From positions 41,168,001 through 41,232,000 of the forward strand of contig CM126227.1 of NCBI GenBank assembly GCA_052327205.1: a stretch of 64,000 nt of DNA, given 5' to 3'. The stretch is from Somniosus microcephalus (lineage: Eukaryota). Below the pieces are notes generated by a model. It had not been told where the DNA came from and did no database searches. It saw nothing but the letters and a program-made list of their open reading frames with translations. Shown piece after piece: positions 25,815-37,809 of the stretch. The stretch's first letter is position 1, and each line of letters opens with the position of its first letter. Made by a program: the position numbers and the translations under genes.

Positions 25815-27568
25815 TCTCCTACATAACAAAAAATAGGAGCAGGAGTAGGCCATTTGGCCCTTCGGGCCTGCTCCGCCATTCAATAAGATCATGGCTGATC
25901 TACCACATCTCCATTTTCCTGCACTATCCCCATATCTCTTGATTCCCTTAATATTCAAAAATCTATCGATCTCTGTCTTGAAAATACTCAACAACTGAAC
26001 CTCCACAGCCTTCTGGGGTAGAGAATGCCAAAGATTCACCACCCTCTGAGTGAAGAAATTTCTCCTCATCTCAGTCCTAAATGGCTGACCCCTTATTCTG
26101 AGACTGTGACCCCTGGTTCTAGACTCCCCAGCCAGGGGAAACATCCTCCCTGCATCTGACCTGTAAGAATTTTGTATGTTTCAATGAGATCACCTCTCAT
26201 TCTTCTAAACTCTAGAGAATATAGGCCTAGTCTACTCAATCTCTCCTTATAGGATAATCCCCCCATCCCAGGAATCAGTCTGGTGAACCTTCGTTGCACT
26301 CCCTCTATGGCAAGTATATCCTTCTTTAGGTAAGGAGACTTATTCCTAATCTCTGTTTTCTGTCCATTAACCAATCCTCAATCCATGCTAGTATATTACC
26401 CAATCCCATGAGCCCTAATTTTGTTTAATAACCTCCTTTCTTAAATAGTGGGGGTTACATTTGCTACCTTCCAATCCGTGGGAACCGTTCCAGAATCCAT
26501 GGAATTTTGGAAAATGGCAACCAATGCATTCACTATCTCCATAGCCACCTCTTTCAAAACCCTAGGATGTAGGCCATCAGGTCCAGGGGATTTATCCGCT
26601 TTCTCCAGTGCTATTTTTTTTACTAATACTAATTTCTTTCAGTTCCTCATTCTTGCTAGACCCTTGGTTCTCCACTATTTCTGGGAAGTTTTTTGTGTCT
26701 TCTTCCATGAAGACAGACACAAAGTATTTAATTTCTCTGCCATTTCCTTATTCCCCATTATAATTTCTCCTGTCTCAGCCTGTAAGGGACCCACATTTAC
26801 TTTTGCTAATCTTTTCCTTTTTACATACCTATAGAAGCTTTTAGAGTCTTTTTATGTCTCTCGCTAGTTTACTCTCATTCTATTTTCCCTTTCTTTATCA
26901 ATTTCTTGGTCCTCCTTTGCTGAATTCTAAAATCCTCCCAATCCTCAAGCTTACTATTTTTGGCAACATTATTAGACTCTTCCTTTGATCTAATACTATC
27001 TCGTTAGCCACGGTTGGACCACTTTTCCTGTGGTGTTTTTGTGCCTTAAAGGAATGTATATTTGTTGTAAATTATGTATTAATTCTTTAAATGCTAGCCA
27101 TTGCTTTTCTACCATCATACCTTTTAATGTAGTTTCCCAATCTACCGTAGCCAACTCGCCCCTCATACCTACGTAGTTTGCTTTGTTTAGATTGAAGATC
27201 CTAGTTTCTGATTTAACTAAATCACTTTCAAATTCAATATAAAATTCTATCATATTATGGTCACTCTTCCCTAAAGGCCCCTTTACTACAAGGTTATTAA
27301 TTAACCTTTTCTCATTGCACAATACTAGATCTAAAATAGCCTGTTCCCTAGTTGGTTCCTCAAAATACTGATCTAGAAAACTATCTTGCATACAGTCCAT
27401 GAGTTCGTCCTCCACACTATTGCTGCAAATTTGGTTTGCCCAGTCTATATGTAGATTAAAATCCCCCATGATCACTGTATTACCCTTGTTACATGTGCCT
27501 CTAATTTCCTGATTTATACTCTGCCCTACATTACAGCTATTGTTTGGGGGCCTATAAACAACCCCCAC
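25815..27568 (-). mobile_element. CR1 LINE, internally deleted (APE domain joined to 3' end)
   Basis: APE motifs GVVYRPP, MGDFN, ILDLVL, SDHN (26996-27568); C-terminal GVQRRFTRLIP, RRMRGDLIE, NFFTQRVVNLW; most of RT missing. Confidence 0.93.
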
Positions 27569-27859
27569 CTCCCTCCTCTCGTCCTTGCTGCAGCTGATTT
27601 ACATAACAGTGGTTCCACTTATTCGAGTGGGGTGTTTGGGATTGCTGTTTCCCCATGTGCCATGAATTTTCAAAAAGTGCACAAAGGATTTTTCTTCTCC
27701 TCCAATCTTCTCTCCTCCTCTGCTGAAGGCATGAATGCTGGGATGCAGTTCCGCAGGTGTCACTTGCCACCTGGTACCTCAACCGAGTGGTCATTCTTCA
27801 CGTGAGCCTACACAGTTAGCCTTGGCCACTGATTGATCATAGAGGGCATCACAAATGTA

Positions 27860-28397
27860 CCGGATCCATATTTAAGAAAAGATATACTTGCTCTCGAGGT
27901 GGTGCAGAGAAGGTTCACTCGGTTGATTCCGGAGATGAGGGGGTTGACATATGAGGAAAGGTTGAGTAGGTTGGGCCTCTACTCATTGGAGTTCAGAAGA
28001 ATGAGGGGCGATCTTATCGAAACATATAAGATTGTGAGGGGACTTGATCAGGTGGATGCGGTGAGGATGTTTCCACTGATGGGTGAGACTAGAACTAGGG
28101 GGCATAATCTTAGAATAAGGGGCTGCCCTTTCAAAACTGAGATGAGGAGAAACTTCTTCACTCAGAGGGTAGTAAATCTATGGAATTTGCTACCCCAGAG
28201 AGCTGTGGAAGCTACAACATTAAATACATTTAAAACGGAGATAGACATTTTCCTAGCAGATAAGGGAATTCGGGGTTACGGGGAGAGGGCAGGGAAGTGG
28301 ATGTGAGTCTAGATTCGGTTCAGCCATGATCCTATTGAATGGCGGAGCAGGCCCGAGGGGCCGTATGGCCTACTCCTCCTACTTCTTATGTTCTTAT
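27860..28397 (+). mobile_element. 5'-truncated CR1 LINE inserted in a family B SINE
   Basis: [22 protein letters not shown]...GYGERAGKW; tail TTCTTATGTTCTTAT; GGATCC on both sides; SINE halves at about 27570-27860 and 28397-28575. Confidence 0.92.
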
Positions 28398-28961
28398 GGA
28401 TCCTTTCCTTACTTGACGCACACATACATTTCTCAACGGACATGGCTGGATAGCGATCAGGAACCTGTATGATGTTCCCCTCCCTAGCTCAGGGTGCTGA
28501 GGTGTATTGTTGCCCTGCCACCCATTGCTGCCCCGGTGGTAAGTTGGCTCAGCACTCTGGGCCCCCACGTGGGTAAGACATAGGTTCAGATGGGGTGATT
28601 CGCTGCACACCAAGCTGCTGATCTACGGCATCACACGGGAAGAATTGGGTACATCCCGACAGCTAGCAAAGGAGCACCAGAGCGAAAGCCAGCCTGGGAT
28701 CCTCCCTCCCGTACCTTTCGGCAGCTGGTTACAGAATGGCATTGGCAGAGGGCAAGGAACCCGCCATGCGCTTTGCTCAGTGAATGGTGCTGCCACAGGG
28801 ACGGATTGTGTGCTGGTACTATTAGCCGGGCAAGAGCACTGAGCGCACAGGACCTACTGATGCCTTATGTTTCATTGCCCCATTGCAGGACGCCTGTCTT
28901 GCATGCAGGGTGGCTGCGTTTAACGAGCTGAAACTGCAGAGTTGTCAAGTCCCACTTATTT

Positions 28962-29578
28962 ACAGGAACAAGGATGTCTTGCTGCAGTTGTACAGGGCCT
29001 TGGTGAGATCACACCTTGAGTATTGTGTGCAGTTTTGGTCACCTTATCTGAGGAAGGATGTTCTTGCCATGGAGGGAGTGCAGCGAAGATTCACCAGACT
29101 GATACCTGGGATGGCAGGAATGATGTATGAGGAGAGATTGGGTCGATTGGGCTTATACTCGCTGGAGTTTAGAAGAATGAGAGGGGATCTCATTGAAACT
29201 TATAAAATTCTAACAGGACTAGGCAGACTAGATGCAGGAAGGATGTTCCCGATGGCGGGGGAGTCCAGAACCAGGGGTCACAGTCTAAGGATAAGGGGTA
29301 AGCCATTTAGGACAGAGATGAGGAGGAATTTCTTCACCCAGAGAGTGGTGAACCTGTGGAATTCTCTACCACAGAAGGCAGTTGAGGCCAATTCATTAAA
29401 TATATTCAAGAAGGAGTTAGATATATTTCTTACGGCTAAAGGGATCAAGGGATATGGGGAGAAGGCAGGGACAGGGTACTGAATTTGGATGATCAGCCAT
29501 GATCTCATTAAATGGCGAAGCAGGCTTGAGGGGCCGAATGGCCTACTCCTGCTCCTATCTTCTATGTTTCTATGTTTT
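28962..29578 (+). mobile_element. 5'-truncated CR1 LINE
   Basis: [28 protein letters not shown]...; (TTCTATGT)n tail. Confidence 0.93.
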
Positions 29579-29924
29579 TCAAGTCAAAGTCACTCTTGTT
29601 TTTTTCTGGGAAAAAAGTGAAATGTAATCTCCTTGTGTGAGAGTCACTTGCTTTCTGTATCTATTTTTAAAAACATCTCTATTCAATTCAAGGGGTTCGT
29701 AATCTGTTTTTCTCAAAAGTCTCTTTACAATAGTCCGACCTTGGAAATAGCAGTGTACAAAAGCAGCAACAGAGAAACATCAGAATTTTGGCATGTTGTC
29801 AAGAGAGGTTTCGTTCAGTGTTATTCCGGAGTATTACTGAGGGGCGTTGTGGAATCCTAATTAATTTCCCAGTTTATTTTTATTTTTCTCCCTTTCTCTC
29901 CCTAAGCCGTGCACTCTAATGGAA

Positions 29925-31668
29925 CGGTAGCACTGTGGTTATGTTACTGGACTAATAATCCAGAGGCCTGGACTAATAATCCAGGGATGTTCAAATCCCA
30001 CCACGGCAGCTGGGGAATTTAGATAGATAGATAGAGCTAAGCGATCCCACAACCAACAGATCAGATCAAAGCTCTGCAGTCCTGCCACATCAAGTTGTGA
30101 ATGGTGGTGGACAATTAAACAATTACTGCAATGGGAGGAGGAGGCTCCATGAATATCCCCATCCTCAGAGCCCAGCACGCGAGTGCAAAAGACGAGGCTG
30201 AAGTGATTGCAACCATCTTCAGCCAGAAGTGCCGAGTGGATGATCCATATCGGCCTCCTCCTGAGGCCCCCACCATCACAGAAGCCAGTCTTCAGCCAAT
30301 TCGATTCACTCCACGTGATATCAAAAAACTGCTGAGCGCACTGGATACAGCAAAGGCTTTGGGCCCCGACAACATCCCGACAGTCGTGCTAAAGATTGTG
30401 CTCCAGAACTAGCCACACCTCTAGCCAAGCTGTTTTGGTACAGCTACAACTGGCATCTACCCGACAATGTGGAAAACTGCCCAGGTATGTCCTGTCCACA
30501 AAAAGCAGGACAAATCCAATCCGGCCAATTACCGCCCCAACAGTCCACTCTCAATCATCAGCAAAGTGATGGAAGGCGTCGTTGAGAGTGCTATCAAGCA
30601 GCACTTACCAATAACCTGCTCATCAATGCTCAGTTTGGGTTCCGCCTGGACCACTCTGCTCCAGATCTCATAACAGCCTTAGTCCAAACGTGGACAAAAG
30701 AGCTGGATTCCAGAGGTGAGGTGAGAGTGACTGCCCTTGACATCAAGGCAGCATTTGACAGAGTGTGGTATCAAGTAGCCCTAGTAAAACTGTAGACAAT
30801 GGGAATCGGGGGGGGGGGGGGAAAACTCTCCACTGGCTGGAGTCATACCTAGCACAAAGGAAGATGGTTGTGGTTGTTGGAGGTCAATCATCTCAGCCCC
30901 AGGACATTGCTGCAGGAGTTCCATCTTCCTTCGCGCCACACAAGTGCCAGGCAATGACTATCTCCAACAAGAGAGCACCTAATCACCGCCCCTTGACATT
31001 CAACAGCATTACCATCGCCGAATCCCCCAACATCAACATCCTGGGAGTCACCATTGACCAGAAACTTAACTGGGCCAGCCACATAAATACTGTGGCTACA
31101 AGAGCAGGCTGGGTATTCTACGGTGACTGTCTCACCTCCTGACTCCCCAAAGCCTTTCCACCATCTACAAGGCTCAAGTCAGGAGTGTGATGGAATACTC
31201 TCCACTTGCCTGGATGAGTACAGCTCCAACAACACCATCCAGGACAAAGCAGCCTGCTTGATCGACACCCCATCCACCAGTTTAAACATTCCCTCCCTCC
31301 ACCACCAGCACACACTGGCTGCAGTGTGAACCATCTACAAAATGCACTGCAGGAACTCGCCAGGGCTGCTTCGACAGCACCTAGAAGGACAAGGGCAGCA
31401 GGCGCATGGGAACACCATCACCTGCAAGTTCTCCTCCAAGTTACACACTATCCTGACTTGGAAATATATCGCCGCTCCTTCATCGTCGCTGGGTCAAAAT
31501 CCTGGAACTCCCTCCCTAACAGCACTGTGGGAGTACCTTCACCACACGGACTGCAGCGGTTCAAGAAGGCGGCTCACCACCACCTTCTCAAGGACAATTG
31601 GGGATGGGCAATAAATGCTGGCCTTGCCAGCGACGCCCACATCCCAGGAACGAATAAAAAAAAAAAAA
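29925..31668 (+). mobile_element. CR1/L2-group LINE (second family), degraded, preceded by a tRNA-like head
   Basis: GPDNIP, WKTAQVCPVHKKQDKSNPANYRP, LDIKAAFD, GVP, C-terminal GLQRFKKAAHHHLLK; AATAAA plus A-tail at 31653-31668; A/B-box-like head at 29925-30020. Confidence 0.85.
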
Positions 31669-32094
31669 CTGTTCCCGGGGTAAAATTACAACAGGCACCA
31701 TCTTCTCACTGGATGTTCACTGTCAAGTAGGGGTCGCCAGATAGCAATCGGGAGTGGCAGCCCTGTTTTTCTCCCCATCCTTAGCACAGGGTCACCTGAG
31801 GCCATTTGCACTGGTCCTCCCACCACCTCGGCCCAGATCACTAGCTCAACATAGCCTGGTGATCAAACCTGGGGCCTTCTGTCTGTGTACCTTTGGACCA
31901 TACCGCATCATGCACTTACTCACCGAGTCCTCGGGGAGTTAAACCCATGTTTATATTGGGGGGGAATAATATTGTCGCATTTATGCATTGGCTGATTATG
32001 AAGAGCACCATTGGATGTGTTCTTGAAATGTCAATTTGTGATTTCTCTACCAGGGTCAGGTCCCAATCTATGTTGTGCTGATAGAGGGAGACAC

Positions 32095-32210
32095 TTGGAC
32101 AAAAGAAAAATATTGCAGATGCTGGAAATCTGAAATAAAAACACAAAATGCAGGAGGTCAGGCAGCATCTGTGGCGAGAGAAACATAGCTAATGTTTCAG
32201 GGCGATGAGG
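32095..32210. mobile_element. Penelope-type terminal-repeat fragment
   Basis: TGCAGATGCTGGAAATCTGAAATAAAAAC...GGTCAGGCAGCATCTGTGG.GAGAGAAAC, recalled as a common chondrichthyan Penelope pLTR sequence. Confidence 0.6.
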
Positions 32211-32419
32211 GAGACACTTAGCTGCAGCTGACGGTTTCCCCTAAAGAGAGGGGGAGAGAGAAGTCACCCAAGGCTTGTCTTAATATACCTTCTTGAGGTC
32301 AAGTTAAACTGCTTTGTTTTAAATATGGAAACAGATTGTCTACTTGCTCCCTCAGAGGGAAAATAGTGTCGGAGACTGGCTTACAAATCTGATCCAGGCC
32401 CCTCTTCTTTTTCTTGCAG

Positions 32420-32554
32420 ATTTTCGACAGTTTCTTCATTGGCCGCTATTGTCTGCTGTGTTTACTAATTGTGACAGTCCTGGCCGGCTTGATTCTACTC
32501 TTTCCCCATTATATACTGGTGCATATAGAAGCCAAACCTCTTCGAAACTACTGA
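32420..32554 (+). CDS. TMEM218: TMEM218 last coding exon (135 nt including TGA)
   Basis: Strong polypyrimidine acceptor TTCTTGCAG; IFDSFFIGRYCLLCLLIVTVLAGLILLFPHYILVHIEAKPLRNY-stop matches human IVDDFFIGRY...AKPLHSY. Spliced product 116 aa; not shown in the ORF track. Confidence 0.95.
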   Translation: MFDSFFIGRYCLLCLLIVTVLAGLILLFPHYILVHIEAKPLRNY

Positions 32555-33438
32555 GAAGCGATCCACAGAGCCCCTGCACTGTGTGTGTTAAAGCAGCATT
32601 GTACTCGCTGGAACTTTTTAAAACGTTTATATTTGTGAAAACTGTGTGGTGCAGATATTGCAATATCTGTTGAGGAATGGCAAGCCTGTAGTAATCCACA
32701 CGAGTCAAACTTTCCTCTTTAAACGAAAAACCCCTATGAATTGTCTATTACTTTTATATTTCTGCCATTTCCCAGTGGTCTGGGAAGGGAGTCAAAAGAA
32801 TTTTCCTTAGATTGAGCAGCATTTTAGTGAGAAAAAGACTGTCGCAGAGGTCAAACATCAATAGGGAGAAAATAACTAACATAGAATCATAGAAATTGCA
32901 GCACAGAATAAGGCCCTTTGGCCTATCGCCCCTGTGCCAATGACTGTCATTGGGTGATGATATAGCCGCAGATCTTTTTTCACCAGTTTTGTCCCTGTTT
33001 TTCTCCCCTCCCCTACATACACGAAATCCATGAGTGTCAATTGTCCTTTCATACCAAGTGTGTAGATGGGCATCACAGCCGGGTCTGATCCTGCCTTCAC
33101 CCCGGGACCCACATGCATTTCCCAGCAGGGGATACTGGATAGTGACCAGTTGCTGGAATTCTGGCTGATTTTCCCTCTAGCCCTGGGGTGATGAGCATGG
33201 AGACCAGACCAGAATCCATCCCTGCTCTGTGCTGAGTTAGCCGATCTCAACTATGCTGAAGGTGTGGTGGGGTGCCAAAGTTGGCTGCAGCCTCCCTGGC
33301 CTGGGGAAGGTAAAATCAGCCAGAGTGCCTGCGCCTGGTTGCTCTGCATTGACTCCTGCTGGACAATGTGCAGATATAGGATTCGACTTGGCTGAGATTC
33401 ACCCCCATCCCATAGTTCAGTAGACGGAAGGTACTCGC

Positions 33439-33664
33439 TGATGTAAAAAGACTACTGAGCACTTGGTTTGAGTATAAAACAAGGCTTTAATCAACTGTTT
33501 CACAACCATGAGATTCTAGTTACATCACTAGTTCCTGGTTACAGAAACATCCTGAGCAAGCTGGGCCCACGCCCGAGTATTTATACTCCTTGGACGGCGC
33601 CACCAGCTGGCCGCCCAGTGTTACTTCATGAGTCATTTCTTCATGAATGATAAGATTCACGACA
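33439..33664 (-). mobile_element. Solo LTR (226 bp), 5-bp TSD CTCGC
   Basis: CTCGC|TGATGT...CACGACA|CTCGC; TATAAATA and ATTAAA on -; homologous to 58108-58334. Confidence 0.85.
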
Positions 33665-33999
33665 CTCGCGCAGGAATAGCAGCCACTTGGAGAAGATACT
33701 GGAAGACTACCAGCACCCGACAATCTGCGGTTATACCCGAGAGAAGGGGCGAATACTGGGGAAATGAGAAATATCCTTTTAAGTGTGAAAGATTCCTTCA
33801 CAGCAGATTCATGGAAAATCTCGGTTCCAAATATCCAGGTCTAATAGGTCATTGTTATTGCTTATAAGTAATCAGAACCTGTGAGGCACCACATACAGAC
33901 ATTGCTGTCTCATCCTGCATTCTCACAGCTGGGTCCTGACCGGCTCATAAGACCGCGACCCCGCCCCCCCCCCCCCCCCCCCCCTGCCAGAGACACCTC

Positions 34000-34490
34000 T
34001 GGTGAATCTATATAAAACCTCAGTCAGGCCACAGTTGGAGTACTGTGTGCAGTTTTGGGCTCCACATTATATTAAGGAGGTTGAAGCAATAGAGAGGATA
34101 CAGCACAGATTCACTAGGATGCTGCCTGGTATGTGAAATACAAATGGGAGGGAAGACTAGAAAAATTGGAGATGTTTTTGTTAGAACAGAGGAGGTTAAG
34201 GGGCGGATATGATAGAAGTGTTTAAAATTATGATGGGACAGGACAAGGTAAATAGAAAAAGACTGTTTCCAGGGGGGCATAGATTACATATAAGAGACTT
34301 GTGACAGAGATTTACACAGAGGGGTGGGTGGGGGGGGTGGTGCTATGGATCAGAGTTAGTGATTGAAGCAGAGACCATGGCAATATTTAAGAATAGGTTA
34401 GATAGGAAGTAAAGGGGTATAGGAACAGGGCATGTATATAGGATTAGGATGACTCGTGTGGACTGGGCCGAACAGTCTGTGTAATTCCTG
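34000..34490 (+). mobile_element. Old CR1 LINE 3' fragment
   Basis: [25 protein letters not shown] with frameshifts. Confidence 0.8.
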
Positions 34491-34773
34491 TTTTTTCCCC
34501 TCCCTCTCTACCATTTCTGTGGAGAAGCACTACAGCTGTACTTGGTGTCGCTCCCCAGTGAGCAGGGGGCTGTGTGAGGAATCACAGGCTGAGTACGCTC
34601 ACGGCTGCCTCAACACCAATAAGCTACTCTGTGGGACCAACCAGATGCTGCCTCTTCCATATTTTGTGGTTATACTACGCAACTAATTATTTATTTAAAA
34701 CAAGTCTTTTTGTACATTGTGAATTTTTTCAGATTTTGGAAACGTTTTTATATTTTGTAGCTAATTTCTTTTG

Positions 34774-34779
34774 AATAAA
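34774..34779 (+). terminator. Candidate polyadenylation signal of TMEM218
   Basis: AATAAA in an AT-rich stretch with upstream TGTA elements and downstream T-rich sequence, about 2.2 kb after the stop. Confidence 0.4.
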
Positions 34780-35030
34780 TATTTTTGCTCTGGTAAATAT
34801 GCAGATTTATATATGTTTAATTAAAACAAAATCAGTGAGCGCTGGAGAATGCAAGCATGACTATACATTGTAAAATCTTTGAATTTAAAAAAAAAAGCTA
34901 TTTAAACTTCCACATTTAAGCCCGAAACTCAAGACTTCCATGGCATTTAGTTTTGTTAACAAAAGAAATGCTCCTTTTTGTAGACCCCTCTCCGCGTAAC
35001 TCGGTTAAATGGTGCTCCTGATTTAAGAAT

Positions 35031-35068
35031 CTGACACTAGGTGGCGCTGCAATGCCATCTACTGGCAG
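35031..35068. promoter_or_regulatory. Two adjacent, oppositely oriented CTCF-like motifs
   Basis: + strand GACACTAGGTGGCGCTG; - strand CTGCCAGTAGATGGCAT. Confidence 0.6.
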
Positions 35069-35120
35069 AAATTAAGAACTGTACCTGTACAGTACATTGT
35101 AGCTGAAAAACAGGATAGAA

Positions 35121-35501
35121 CCTAGAAACAAGCGCTCTACTCGGAGCCCCGGCACGGCAAGAGAGCCCCAGGTGGGCAGAGGAAACGCTTCAAGGACACC
35201 CTCAAAGCCTCCTTGAAAAAGTGTAACATCCCCAGCCCAAGACCGCACAAAGTGGAGGAGAAGCATCCGGGAAGGCGCCGAACACCTCGAGTCTCTTCGC
35301 CGGGAGCAAGCGGAAGCCAAGCGCAAGGAGCGCACGTCAACCCAAGCACCCCACCCACCCACCCGCCCCTTCAACCACCGTCTGCCCCACCTGTGACAGA
35401 GACTGTAGGTCCTGCATTGGACTCATCAGTCACCTGAGAACTCATTTTTTAATGTGGAAGCAAGTCATCCTCGGTTCTGAGGGATTGCCTAAGAGAGAGG
35501 G
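35121..35501 (+). mobile_element. RTE-clade LINE 3' end with 20-bp TSD
   Basis: YSEPRHGKRAPGGQRKRFKDTLKASLKKCNIP; TSD AGCTGAAAAACAGGATAGAA at 35101-35120 and 35502-35521. Confidence 0.88.
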
Positions 35502-36074
35502 AGCTGAAAAACAGGATAGAAACAAGATTTAGAATAAAAGTCTCAAAAATAAATGGAACACACGAGGAAAAGCATTAAAGGCGAAGAAAGAGAAGGAAAT
35601 ATATCTAGCTAAAATAGTCTTGCATATGATGTGCCATCATACACTTTCTGTAACACCCCTGTGTAATGGTTCTATGTCACTCTTCATCACAGGCAAATTT
35701 ATTCTAGCTAAGACAGATTTATTCTGCCACGTCTGATTGGGTAGTCTACCCATGTGATTGAGTCCCAGCCCTGACTTCCCCTTGCTCAGGAGCTGCAGCA
35801 GAGCACAGAGAAGTAAGTTAAAACAAATGAGAAACAATTGCTGAACAGCTCCAAGCTAGGTGTGAATGTAGGCAGTGTCCTTTATTACAGGCCTTCCAGC
35901 AAAATATACATTGTGATATCTCCTGTCTATCGTGCAGTGTTTCCAATTTTTTTCTCCTTCCTGGAGGCGCTGACTGCAAGCGTGGGGTAAATGGAGTTGA
36001 AGTACAGATCAGCCATGATCTGATTGAATGAATGGCAGAACAGGCTTGAGGGGCTGAATGGCCTGCTGTCTGAG

Positions 36075-36452
36075 TGTCACTTTGGCTCATTTGGTAGGTC
36101 TATTGCTTGAGTCAGAAGGCTGTGACTCTGGTCTATGATGTAACTGAGGGAATATGGCATTGTTGGAAATGCTGCCCTTCAGATGAGGCATTAAGCTAAC
36201 ATCCTATCTGCTTGGGCATCAAGGGTCCCACAACACTATTTGAAGAAGAGCAGGAAATTCTCCTGGTATCCTGACCAAAATTGCTCCCTCAACCAACACA
36301 ACCCAAACCAGATTAACTGGTCGTTGATCACATTGCTATTTGCACTATCTTGCTGTGTGCAAAATGGTACCGCACCAGGTTGGCCTACATAACAGCAGTC
36401 ATTACATTTCAAGGTAAGTCATTGTATGTGATCTGTTGAAACATTTCTGAGG
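36075..36452 (+). mobile_element. Deu-domain SINE, degraded
   Basis: Colinear with the 36728 copy at lower identity. Confidence 0.75.
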
Positions 36453-36727
36453 CCATTCAGCCCACCATATCTGTCACTCTTTGCTAGAGTAATCCTACTG
36501 CCCTGTTGTCTCCCCATAGCCTTCTATTTTGCTCTGCTTTAAATATTTATACACTCCCTTTAAAAGATGCAATAGTCTCTGCCTCAACTAGTCCACGTGG
36601 CAAAGCTTTCTATGCTCCAACTTACTGTGCAGAAAGAAATGTACTTACTGGGCTATTGGAAGAAGCTCCTCCTAGCCTTTTTCCACAGTGAATGCAGTAG
36701 CTGTGATGATACAAGTCTTTGTACCTA

Positions 36728-37189
36728 GGTGTCAGCTGTGGCTCAGTGGGCGGCACTCTCACCTCTGAGTCAGAAGGTCGTGGGTTCAAGTCCCACTCCA
36801 GAGACTTGAGCACAAAACCTAGGCTGAGACTGTGCAGTGCTGAGGGAGTGCTGCACTGTCGGAGGTGCCATCTTTGATGAGACGTTAAACCGAGGCCCCG
36901 TCTGCCCTGTCCAGGGGACTTAAAAGATCCCATGGCAATATTAGAAGAGCAGGTGAGTTTGCTCCGGCCTCCTGGCCAATATTTATCCCTCAACCAACAT
37001 CACTAAAAAGCAGATTATCTAGTCATTATCACATTGCTGTTTGTGGGAGCTTGCTGTGCACAAATTGGCTGCTGCGTTTCCCACATTACAACAGCAACTA
37101 CACTTCAAAAAGCACTTCATTGGCTGTAAAGTACTTTGGGACGTCCTGAGCTCATGAAAGGCGCCATATAAATGCAAGTCTTTCTTTCT
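36728..37189 (+). mobile_element. Deu-domain tRNA SINE (SacSINE1/AmnSINE2-like), full length
   Basis: A-box TGGCTCAGTGG 36739-36749, B-box GGTTCAAGTCC 36783-36793, central Deu-like core, L2-type tail ending CTTTCTTTC; about 12 copies in the window. Confidence 0.88.
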
Positions 37190-37809
37190 GGGAACATTTC
37201 AGGTTCTTTAGAAAGAAGGCCAATTGAATTTCTTATGCCGTGCTGAACAAGGGCTGTGTTGTGTAATTGAAATTTCTGAGCGGGTTGTGATGGTGCGTAG
37301 ATGAGATTACTTGCTCTTTCCAGCTAATTATTAACTTTTGTAAACCACTCACTCATAAAGGAAAACTAATTACCTTAATTTTTCCATCTCAGGGCTCATT
37401 CTGCGGTTTAATTGGCGTCCATTACACTAATTGTGTTAAAGCCCTATAACTTCCAAGTAAATAAACGCCATAGACTGTTGTGGAAATAAAATAGGAATTT
37501 TATTTTGACACTCATTATATTTATAAAGATTCCTATTTTTACCACAACTGCATATCGAGCATTTGTTTATTAGGTTGTTACACTGCTTTCGCTTAATTAA
37601 TTGGTAAAATGGATGCTAATTTAAGTTTGTTTATTGTCCCTCTTGGGTCTTCTGTCTATCGTCCTTCAGCAGCGAGGGTGGGCAGGTAGTCATTTCCCAG
37701 GAACAGCCCCCCCTCCCCCTCCCATTTATGGCCCATCTCTGTTCGTGAGCACCTCAGTGGGAGATACCTAAGACCAGCGCTGACTCGTTCGCCATTTATC
37801 TACTGGTAC

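Noticed and set aside
32095-32210. Hammerhead ribozyme in the Penelope terminal repeat
   Set aside because: The - strand keeps GAAA but the CUGAUGA core is truncated; no complete hammerhead found by eye here or near 9980.
36728-36800. tRNA gene
   Set aside because: A/B boxes belong to a SINE head that continues into the SINE body; same for the other tRNA-like heads.
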